A stretch of DNA of 63,363 bases, counting the filler, from Craspedostauros australis (lineage: Eukaryota), in assembly GCA_030167865.1 (NCBI GenBank). It is 9 parts of 9 records of this genome, joined end to end, with 100 filler letters (N's around TTAATTAATTAA, not from the genome) between each part and the next. Parts side by side here need not be neighbours in the genome. Positions count along the whole stretch, not along the records: positions 1 to 15,245 come from JALAGF010002162.1; 8 more parts are not named here. One strand, 5' to 3'. The notes beneath the pieces are model-generated. The model worked only from the letters and a program-made list of their open reading frames with translations. It made no database searches and had not been told where the DNA came from. Position numbers and translations under genes: made by a program. Below are positions 1 to 10,125 of this stretch, one piece after another; position 1 is the stretch's first letter, and each line of letters opens with the position of its first letter.

Positions 1-160
1 ATGAAGTGCATTTAATGCACTTCAAATGCATTTTTTGCACTCCAAATGCATTTAATGCACTCCATTTGCATTTAATGCACTCCATTTGCATTTAATGCAC
101 TTCAAGTGCATTTTTTGAACCCCAAATGCATTAAATGCACTCCAAGTGCATTAAATGCAA
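1..160. repeat. 20-bp tandem repeat, about 8 units (consensus ~TCCAAATGCATTTAATGCAC)
   Basis: Clear 20-nt periodicity. Each unit carries a near-palindromic TGCATTTAATGCA. No unique spacers. Confidence 0.9.
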
Positions 161-1158
161 AAGGAAGCAGGTTCGACGGGACTCGATGACACTTCAACCA
201 AACGGAAGCAATGACTANATTTGTCCGAGTAACACCGATTGATAAAGTGGTAATATCAATGAATCAAACGAAGACGTCGCTGCGACATTGCTTTGTCAAC
301 ATCTCACAAACAACGAAGAAACACAACAAACGACAAAAACCACTTTGGGGTCGTACTAGTCGTAAACTGAAGTATTTGATGCACTTGCCGGGTGTCCCGG
401 GCACGACCCAGCAGCAAGTCAAGCGGGGCTGCTTCCGACTCAACCAGGACTCTACCACACACGTGGGACTACCTAAAATCCAACTCACATTCTTGTTCGC
501 CGAAGGACGGACTGAACAAATGCCAAGTGGTAACGAGAAGGCACGAAACCAGAACCGTTTGTCGGACTAATGTTTGTTCGTTAAATATCGAACATGATGG
601 CTCGTTTGTGGTGGAGTGGACCTGTATGTGTTGAAGAAGGACACACTGAACTGATCTTGATCAAACTGAGGACCCAAAACAAGGACACACCAAACCGTGG
701 AACGAGAAGCATCTTTCGTTCCTTCGCATCACGATGCAGTCGTTCCGTTCCGCCAAACGACAGCTGTGCACAAACAGATGGCGCTGGTGGGTGATGCTTG
801 TTCTGTTGGACGTCACAAAACTGGGACGCTGGAAGAAGAAGAAGGGGATCAGCAGTCGTGGCCGTCGCTTGCTGTGCTGTGTGTGGCAGATGTGGGACCC
901 CTGCGTTCCCTTCTCATCGGTGTCTCTGCGGGAAGGAGGAGGGCGGTTTATCTGTGGCAGCTCGCATTCATCGAGAAGCAAGGACGTACTGACGGCCTCC
1001 ACGCAATCAAGCATCGGCTAGGCATGTTTCGCGTGATTGCATGTCATTAATCTTGCACAGCAATTCCCAGGACAGTCCGCAGAGCAGCTCCGAGACCACT
1101 TCGTCAAAGATCCAAGTGTCAGCCTCCAAACACCAAGGCCTCGAGCTTCCAAGGCCCA

Positions 1159-2088
1159 ATGGTATCCCAATCGTTTCCAACACCGGAGTTGCAATCGCAG
1201 GCCAGCGCAACAGCTTCGCACAAACGCGGAGCCCGTGGGAAGCCCTCTGGCGCATTCTTGCTCTTAGCGTGCCTCCTCTCAGCACCGGCGCCGGCTTCGG
1301 CCGTCGTGCAACAGATCCAACTGATGCAAGCATGGAGCTGCCACGGACGCAACCAGCGTGAGATGGTGAACCGTCTCGTGGAGGCTGCGATCGTCCACAC
1401 ACCTGCCGTGCGGGATGTCATGTACAGCGTGGATCGTGGTGATTACGTGCCCATCAACCCATACATGGACGCCCCGCAAGGCATTGGTCTGGGTCAGACG
1501 ATCTCGGCGCCTCACATGCACGCGCATGCCTTGGAGGAGCTGTATCCCTACCTGGCGCGAACGCCCAAGGATCACTCGGTCAAGATCCTGGATGTCGGGT
1601 GCGGATCGGGCTACCTGACGGCGGCGCTTGGGAGATGGGTCAAGAACAAAACAGTGGACCCGACCAAGTCCATCCGGGAGCAACCGACTATCCTTGGACG
1701 GTGTGGCAAGGTGTTTGGCATCGATGTGAAACCCAATTTGGTGGCGCTCACGCAGGAGAACATGAAGAAGCATGACAGAGACCTGCTGGACACTGGAACC
1801 GTCACGGTTCAGCTCGGAGACGGATGGAAGGGGTTGCCGAATGAAGCACCGTTCGACGCCATCCATGTTGGCGCGGCTGCGGCGAATTTGCCACGCGATC
1901 TGGCGCAGCAGCTCAGGGTTGGTGGCGTGCTCATCATTCCCGTTGGTGGACAGCAGGAAGTGCAAAAGCTGTACAGAGTGGAACGTTTGGATGACACTGG
2001 GCCTGGTTTCGTCGAGGATGATTATCGCATCACGTCGTTGCTTGGTGTGAGATACGTTCCTCTCATCAATTCAAAGGCTTCGCCGTAA
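1159..2088 (+). CDS. PCMT: Protein-L-isoaspartate O-methyltransferase (PIMT/PCMT) with N-terminal extension
   Basis: Motifs QTISAPHMHAHALE, ILDVGCGSGYLTA, GDGWKG..APFDAIHVGAAA, GGVLIIPVG, GVRYVPL. Confidence 0.93.
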   Translation: MVSQSFPTPELQSQASATASHKRGARGKPSGAFLLLACLLSAPAPASAVVQQIQLMQAWSCHGRNQREMVNRLVEAAIVHTPAVRDVMYSVDRGDYVPINPYMDAPQGIGLGQTISAPHMHAHALEELYPYLARTPKDHSVKILDVGCGSGYLTAALGRWVKNKTVDPTKSIREQPTILGRCGKVFGIDVKPNLVALTQENMKKHDRDLLDTGTVTVQLGDGWKGLPNEAPFDAIHVGAAAANLPRDLAQQLRVGGVLIIPVGGQQEVQKLYRVERLDDTGPGFVEDDYRITSLLGVRYVPLINSKASP

Positions 2089-2534
2089 CGCAATGCTCGG
2101 TAGGATGCTGATACGTACATACTGGCGGAGAAGAGGGAACGGAGAAGAGAGGCAGAACTAGTGCATCATCATTCTCCGCGAGTGTGTACTAATGCAAAGT
2201 CCAACTCTTCTCTCGAGAGCAGATCATACCCGAGAACTACATTATTTCATTGACTGTGGAGAGGGATGGTCGTCTCAATTTTGAATGGATGTGTTTCGCT
2301 TCTGCACACAGAGAGCGATGGAAAGAACTGACATTGTTTCTTCTGCGAAAGGGCGGAGCAAACAAGAGCCCATCCATTTCCCATACTAGTACTATACAAG
2401 TATAACATGTGCATCATGGACAATGAGTCTGGGCAAGGCTTCTCCAGTATTGTGTCCAGGAGGGAGATGTTGATGGCACTTCTTCACCCTCTCCACATAC
2501 TCCCTCGCTCGTTCATTCGCTCATTCGTTGCACT

Positions 2535-4124
2535 CTACAACCTCATCATTCCATTGACGAAATCACCGAACTGATCCAAAAAGCCTCCGTTCTTGTTCTC
2601 GTCACGGAGGCCATTCGCAATGTCGTAGATGTCTTCCACTTCTGGGTTGGATGGCAGCATGTCGAGGTTCTGAATGAGCTTGTACCCGCCCGGTGCATCG
2701 TCGTCCTCCTGCCACACCGAGAATGGCTTGGGCCACTCTCTCGTCAACGCGCCCCACTGCAACGTGCGGAGATAGTACGTGTTGACGAGACCATCAATGA
2801 GGCGTTCTCGCAACATGCGTCCCGCCATACCGAATCCCGTGACGCCCATATCCACCAGGTTGGGATTGACGAACACGGCGAGCTTCAAATCATCGGATTC
2901 CGTCTCCGTCTTGAGCAGCAGCTGCTCCACGTACTCCGCCTCCGACGCCTTGGGACAGAAGAAGAGGATGAGCATGTCTTTCTTGATATCGTGCATCTGC
3001 ACGCCTCCGCACGATGCGAACTGCACGCACGGTGGCAGGGGAGCATCGTCGGGCGAGCCGGTGCTGCCCCAATCTCTGCGTGCTAAAGCGGCGCTGCCCT
3101 CGTCGGGGAAGTAGACGCGCACGATGGGTCCCTCCCATGCAGGCTTGGATGGATCGCGGCCTCCATTCTCGAGTATCGACATGAGTTCCTCCTTTCTGGT
3201 CTCGTCCACCGCATCACTGCTGTCCGAGTCCGCGTCGGCATCATCATCATCTCCATCCTGGGCCTGCTTGGCCATGGCACGCAACTCCGCTCTGGCCTCG
3301 GCCACCTTGATCATCTCGGCTTGGCGCTGTTCCTGCAAGCCTGGAATGATGGCGTACGACAAGGCGCTGACGAACTTCTTCATGAATTCTGTGGACGATT
3401 TGAGGAGGGTGTATGTTTCATCGCCGACCGACGTGTCGAAATCCACACGACAACGTCCCAACGATCCGGTGGCCTCGGCGAACGACGCGCATGCAGCTCC
3501 GGCGATCTCCGCGGCGTCGTCGAGCGAGTCTGGAAGTTCTGTGGCCGTATCCGTGCGTCCAGCTAACGTCGATGTTGTTGGAGAGAAGTGAATTGAAGTA
3601 GCGAGATGAGAAAGGAAGTGTTCGCATATTAGTGTAGCAGCGGATGTGTGAGACGATGGCAATGGCAATGGGGCGATCTTGAGTAGAGTCGCCCAAAGCG
3701 AATCGAGCTGACGCAGACTCGATGGGCGTTGCGTTGGACGCAATTGTCTTGCAGCGTGCAGTGCAATGCAACACAACGCAACGCAGTGCGATGTATGGTA
3801 TCGTGCTTGTTCCCTCTTCCACGGCGTGTGAGTATGCCATCGCACTGGAGTATTCGCCAATGCATGACGTCATGACGACTCCGTCGCTTTCCGTGCATCA
3901 TATGTACGGATAAGTCGACCACAGTGGGAGCTCCAAAGGATACTGATCTCAAGCTGACCTCACGCTGACGCTCACGTACTCGATGCGACGTTGAGTTGGA
4001 AGTTCATGCGGGGCTCAACGGTGGTGACAACCGATTGCTTGATCTGCATCACTCCAACAGGAGCGAACGCAGCTGCCCAGCATGGCAGCAACGCCAGATG
4101 CGCCGCGATGAGATGGCCCCTCAT
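2535..4124 (-). CDS. Plastid-targeted DUF1995-family protein; exons 4124-3980 and 3562-2535
   Basis: Exon 1 [22 protein letters not shown] is a signal peptide plus ASAFAP motif. A GT(acgt)...AG intron at 3979-3563 joins in phase 1 to give ...[17 protein letters not shown]1995-like motifs [18 protein letters not shown] and [22 protein letters not shown]. Confidence 0.8.
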
Positions 4125-4720
4125 TCTTCGCTGTCTGTTCTTGTTTGGTTGGTTGCTTGATCGTGTGTTTGTAGGTGTGGGATTGTTGCTGTCCCGATTA
4201 TAGCTGTCCACGATTGCTGGAGAATTGAAGCCTGCAATGTCTTCCAGCCTCGGGGGGTGACCTGTACTTGAGACTCGTTTGTGGGAAGACAGGACAGAGG
4301 GAGCTACACGCATTCTTCTTGTGCTGCAACCTATCCAACCTTCTGGAATGCCACGATCTATTTTTGGCAACAGAGAAAGAGAGATGATGCGGATCTTGTC
4401 GCTTGGGCAGAGGAGGAGTTCGCGAAGTGGCAGATGACGTTGAAGTTGCATTCTCCTGATTGTGGGACTTTGTTAGTGTCATTCTGTCACTCAACACACG
4501 AAGCAATCATGTTCTGACGTTGATGTGGATTGCTCCCGCCGCCATCGGCACATCCAACACAACAAAGATCGCCCAAGAGGACATCAAAGCCACCGAAAGG
4601 TCATCCGCACCATCGGCATCACTGGCACCATCAGCAACACGATACGACTCCAGAGCAATCCGCAACAATCCACAATAACAACGAAACAGCCACAACTGAA
4701 ACTCTTCAAGAGAGACAAGG

Positions 4721-5827
4721 ATGAGACTTGATTTGCAATACGTTCAGCTGGTGTTCTTGGTGGCGCACCAAGCTTCGCAGGTGGCCGGCTTCGCACCACC
4801 AGGATTGATCGGATTCCACCAGGCAACACCCAACACCATCACCAACAATGAACAACAGCAGCACCAGAAGCAACAACAACAGCCACGCTGCGGCTCCACA
4901 CAGCTATCTGCCAAGAAGAAAGGCAAGAAGAAGGGTGGCAAATCCAAGAACAACAAGAAATCAGGGTTCGAATGGGCCGCGTCGTTCACATTGAAACCCT
5001 TCGAGGCCACGGCCGTGCGAGAGCTGGCATCGACCGCCTGCGCATCGTTCGAGGGACGCACGGGGCAGCCTTTATGTGACGAATTGCAGAGCGCGGCCGA
5101 TGTGCCCAAGGCCTTGTGGAATGCGCCGGTCGCCTGTGTGGTCGTGGATATGTACGCGCCGCAGTCAGCAGCCGAAAATGATGAAGAGGCAGCAGCTGTA
5201 GCAGCAGCAGCGGCAGAAAAAGATGATGGTGAAGAACAAGATGACGAACAAGAGCCACCTGCCACCGGCCAGTTCGTGGTGAAGTATGCCAACGTGGCAG
5301 CGCTGGAGACCTTCGGCATCAAGCCTGACCAATTCGACCAGCTCATTGCCATGCCGGACAAGGAAGGGGCGTTGCAGATCCCAACCAGCAAGGTCGCCGC
5401 GGCCATCAGCCTGCCGGCCGAAATGAAGGGCGACAAGAAGTACGAGAGCGGGTACAAGAAGAAGCTGCTGCGGGCCTCGGATTTGGACGCCGACGATGAC
5501 AGCACAAAGGACATTTCCATCACGGACGGAGACAGATGGAGCATCGAGAAGAGCAACTTCGTGGACGGCAAGTTCATCACGCAGACCATCGGCGTCGCGT
5601 ACGCGTGGAAGTCGTGGGTGGAGGGCGAGACGACGGTGTGCCGGCCGGGTGGCGTGCGCGAATTCAACGTCAGCGCCGAAGGTATCGAGGCGCAGATAGC
5701 GGCCAAGGCCGCCGAGATCCGCGAGCTCAAGGAAGTGCAAGGGTTCGGCAACAAGGATCCGGAGGTGATGGACGCCGTCGACGAATTGCTTGAGCTCAAG
5801 GAGATGCTGGCGGAGGTGAAGGAGTGA
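4721..5827 (+). CDS. Plastid-targeted protein with MEKHLA (PAS-like)-like domain and C-terminal WHEP-TRS-like helical hairpin
   Basis: Signal peptide ending VAG-FAP. ALWNAPVACVV...KYANVAALETFG...GVAYAWKSW resembles MEKHLA. IAAKAAEIRELK..NKDPEVMDAVDELLELK resembles WHEP. Confidence 0.7.
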   Translation: MRLDLQYVQLVFLVAHQASQVAGFAPPGLIGFHQATPNTITNNEQQQHQKQQQQPRCGSTQLSAKKKGKKKGGKSKNNKKSGFEWAASFTLKPFEATAVRELASTACASFEGRTGQPLCDELQSAADVPKALWNAPVACVVVDMYAPQSAAENDEEAAAVAAAAAEKDDGEEQDDEQEPPATGQFVVKYANVAALETFGIKPDQFDQLIAMPDKEGALQIPTSKVAAAISLPAEMKGDKKYESGYKKKLLRASDLDADDDSTKDISITDGDRWSIEKSNFVDGKFITQTIGVAYAWKSWVEGETTVCRPGGVREFNVSAEGIEAQIAAKAAEIRELKEVQGFGNKDPEVMDAVDELLELKEMLAEVKE

Positions 5828-6897
5828 GGGATCGTTCCGTTTCATGGCATTTGCTACGGAGCACGCTGGTCCAGCGGCGCTACATGGCAGGAGGACCCAG
5901 CACACAACGCAAACAGCTGGCGCAACACCATATCAACAACATGAGAACAAATTCTTTTTGCAAGCTCTTGTATTAAGACCTTTGTTGGAACCTGTGTGGG
6001 CAGTATCCGCAGCGTTGCAGACATGCAATGTGATCTCCGACGTATTATATTATACTCAATACATGTCTGTCTACGGTGAAAAAAAAAATAGACGTGTTGC
6101 TGTGTTGTTGTTACCATTCATTCACGAATTGGCATGACTGGAGCAATTGGCGGCAAAATATCCGACGATGCACAGACTGCGCGCCAGAAATTGAACTCTG
6201 TTGGCATGAACAAATGTGGCGACAAGAACGCAAGCGCGTGACGGAGCACACGTTGTTGTGCGACAAGAGCCAACACGGAGACCAAGAAAGCGATCACAAC
6301 GCTCCACAGTCTTCGTATCCAAACCAGCCTGTGCCGAAGCTCCGCTGGAAGGTTCCAACACAACAGCGCATCAGCCAAGACACAGCAACAAAGAGAGGGA
6401 GAGAGAGAGGCACACACAGGAACGACGATACAAGAACGACAACCGCAACATCGCAGCAGAGAGGCAAGCCACTGGAAAGAGGATCCAGTACTCACACGAG
6501 ATCTTGCTTCACGGCTTTCATCCAACTTCGGCACTTCTGTTCTCATCATATTCTGGAGTACAATCTACTGCCTCCACTGAAGTTCTGGCCTTGGGATCCT
6601 GCTGTTACCCAGTGCTGACTCCACATTCGGCCTCTGCATATCTCATCATCTCAATCGCCAAAGGAAAGGCAAAGCCATACGCAGTGTGCGTGCTGAACAG
6701 TGGGAGATAGAGAGACAGAGGGACAGCAAGAAACAGGAGGCTCATTCGTCTGTTGGTGCCTTGAAAGCCAACCAAGACAGAATCGCCACACCAAGCAAGA
6801 AAGTCGGGCACTCGCATTTGCAAGATCAAGCAGACAGACACAAACACAAAGCAAGTAAGGAGAAGAAGAAGAAGCGGGAGAAGCAGACGCAACAACC

Positions 6898-9529
6898 ATG
6901 TTCTACTCCCAGCTCGTCGTGAACAAGAGAGAGCCGCTGGCCAAGGTGTGGGTGGCAGCCCACTGGGGCGACAAGAAGTTCGATCGGCAGCAGATCTTCA
7001 AGACGGACATCTCCAAGTCCGTCGACACCATCGTGGAGAAGGAGAGCAAGCTGGCGCTGCGCGTTTCGGGGCATCTCCTGCTCGGCGTCGTGCGCATCTA
7101 CTCGCGCAGGGTCAAGTACGTCCTGCACGACTGCACGGAGGCCATGGTCAAGCTGCAGATGACCTTCTCGCGCAGCGGCGGCGCCACGAGCAAGGACGAG
7201 ACCCTGCTGGAGGTCGTCAAGGCAACGGCCAACCAGGATCCCACCACCATCGCCAACTTTGGGGAGTACCAGCCGCTCAGCGTGGTCGACGGATCCTTCA
7301 TGCTGCCGCTGCCGGACGAGTCGGAATGGATCTTGGCGGACCCCGCGGAGGCGGATGAATGGCAGGAAGCAGACTCGCAGCGGCGTTACCGCATCGGATC
7401 GTCGACGGACGACACGTCCACATCGGGCCGAGGCGGCTTTGGCTCCGCGTCCGGCTTCCACACGCCCTTTGCCGACGATGCCAGCCACTCGCGTCACAGC
7501 ATCGGCAACGCGTCCACGATCCGCGGTCCGCAAGATATCGACTTTGATGATGAGCCGCTGGGTGGGGAATTTGATCCCAACGACGATCTGGATCCAAAGA
7601 ACGAATCCCTCGTGTCCGATGTCGAGGTTGTCCGTGATGCTGGACCGCTCGTTGACCGAAGTTTCGATGTGGTGAGTGCGACGTACTTGTGCCATGATTG
7701 TGTTGTGCCATGATGGGCTTCATGTTGTGATAATTGGTGAGGCGTGTTCAATTGCACTCTGCGCGGTAGGGTCACATGCCCTTGGATGCTCTTCGTGACA
7801 TCCAGTTGAGATACGGAGCTGCAACAGCTTGTCTCGAACGAAATCTTCAACCTTCGGCGTCTCGCCAAGAATTATCAACTCACCATCCTGTTGCAAATTC
7901 TCCTCTACGCCGCCCTCCATTCGTATACCCACGTCCATATCTTTTGCATGTACGTTATGTTCTCTCATCAACAAACAGGGAGGAGCATCAACAGTCGCGG
8001 CAACGCCAATTGGAAAGGAAGGCGAAGCCCGACCTTCTTTCATTCCTGGTGATGCACCCTTTCCAGATGTAGGCGGCGCATACGACGATGATGCCATGCC
8101 GCCACCACTGCCAGGTGACGACGATGACGACGGCATCAACAACGCCAATGTCAATGCCAGAGAGTCCTCCCTCAACGGCAGTTCCATCTCGGGATCCGCC
8201 CGCGGCTCTCTCCGCGCAGCCACCAGCATCGGAGGCCTGGACTCCATCAGCGAAGATGATCATTCGGCAACCAAACCTTCCGCTCCGTCCGCAGGTCAGA
8301 AACGAGCCGCGGCGGCTGCTGAGCGCAGACGCATGAAACGCCGTCAGGTCGTCATCGACAACAACCAAATCGAGCTGTCCAATGCTGAAATAAAAGACAT
8401 GCTCAAGGACTCCAAAGCTCTAGTGCGGACCGTGCCGCATCCTGCCGAATGGGATGAAGACGATGACGAAGGCGACGAACAGGGCGGTGATGCCGACTAC
8501 CTGCGCCACAGTTTGGCAGGCTTCGGCAGCGTGCATCGTGGTTCGTTGTCGCGGCGGGATCCGCACCCCAACGTCGAGGCGTTGCCGTACCACGACAGAC
8601 TCCTACGACCCGGTCTGGCCGATCGTGGCTACTTGCATCCGGAGCTCATGCTGTTGTGGACGTCCAACTTCTACAGTGGCAGAGAGCAGGCACCACCGTA
8701 TGAACGGGTTGCAGGGGATGATGATGATGACGATGACGACGACAGTAGTGACGGCAGCGATGATCGTGATGGCAAGGGCGATGAAGCAGATGCTATGGCT
8801 GCGCAGCGAGCAGAGGACGAAGCAGAGGCCATACGCAAACGCGCCAGATCTGGTGAAGGTGACGACGAGGATTCTGCACAGATCGCAATTGCGGGCGATG
8901 ACGCCAGCGAGGGAGTCGGTGGTGCGCGATCCCAGCAAAGAACCGACGCGGGTGCCGGCTTCGATGATGAGGGCATGCCGCTACCAGCCGATGTCGACGA
9001 CAACAACGACGACGACATGGGCATCGGCATCCAAGCAGGTGAAGATGATTACAATGACGACCACATGTCGCTTGGTTCATTTGGAATGGTGAACGAGTTT
9101 GATCTTGGCGACGATGATGACACGGACGGTGATGGCGAGGCCACTGACGACAACGCTCCATCCGGAGGACAGCGAGTCATGGCGACCACCACAACAGCGG
9201 CTTCCGCGGCAGCGACAGCCGGTGGTGGCGGCGGCGAAGGGAGATCTGGTTCCACGGCACGATGGCACAGACACACGGTACAGGTCCTCGAGTCGTTGCA
9301 GCGCCGCATGGGTAAGGAGGGCGGGCAACGCAGACAGAGCGTTTCACAACTCTCATTCAACCAGCTTAGCAGGCGCCTGTCACGGCACGACGCTGCCAGC
9401 GTGTTCTTTGAGCTGCTCCAGCTCAAGACATGGAACTTCATCGAGGTCGATCAGGACAGTGCCTACGGCGATATCATCATCACACCGGCCGAGCGGTTCG
9501 ACGAATCACCGCCAGGCAAGCAGTCGTAG
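6898..9529 (+). CDS. RAD21: Cohesin kleisin Rad21/Rec8 family; exons 6898-7671 and 7979-9529
   Basis: N-terminal MFYSQLVVNKREPLAKVWVAAHW...LALRVSGHLLLGVVRIYSRRVKY. C-terminal winged helix AASVFFELLQLKT..IEVDQDSAYGDIII. Phase-0 GTGAGT...CAG intron 7672-7978. Separase-like site SDVEVVR. Rad21 vs Rec8 is not resolved. Confidence 0.9.
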
Positions 9530-10125
9530 ACTGTGGTCCGAGTATGGCAGAGCAGATCAAGCCAGAGCCGTCGAGAACAACCAAGAAGGAGACAGGAAAG
9601 GGGGATAGTTTGTGCCCATTACTCAAGTGCTATTGCAATGGGCTACAACATGTGTGACGTGACAAATTGAGAACGACATACCGTATTCTACAAGTATTAC
9701 TCGTACCAGTTCCCACTGCACGGTCTCATGGCTGATCCGATGTTATTGCTGATGCTGTTGCAGTGAGAGGTGTAAGCTGTATGTATATTAGGTTTTGTTG
9801 GTATTCTTATTCTAAGTCGTTCTTGTTGTTCTAATGGAGGAAAGTAGAGTGGAGTGTGGCAGAGCACTCGCAGAGCAGTTGGGTTGCCATTGCCCTCTCT
9901 TCGCTGCCGTGCGTCATGGTTCCAAGAGCGCAAGGAAACAGGAACATGTGCGTTCCTGTGTGGATTTGTGTGCACATTCGTCATGACGCCGAGGATTGGC
10001 GAAGTGCCTCGTTGTGTGAAACCCTGTGATGGAAACCCCACCAGTCGCACAACAGACACCACTCAGCGCAACGCTGCACAGCCTTGGTTGAAGGCCCTCC
10101 GTTCAAGCAATGTGCTGTGCTGTAC

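Noticed and set aside
1..160. CRISPR-like array (also 15105-15245)
   Set aside because: No unique spacers, no cas genes, eukaryotic context.
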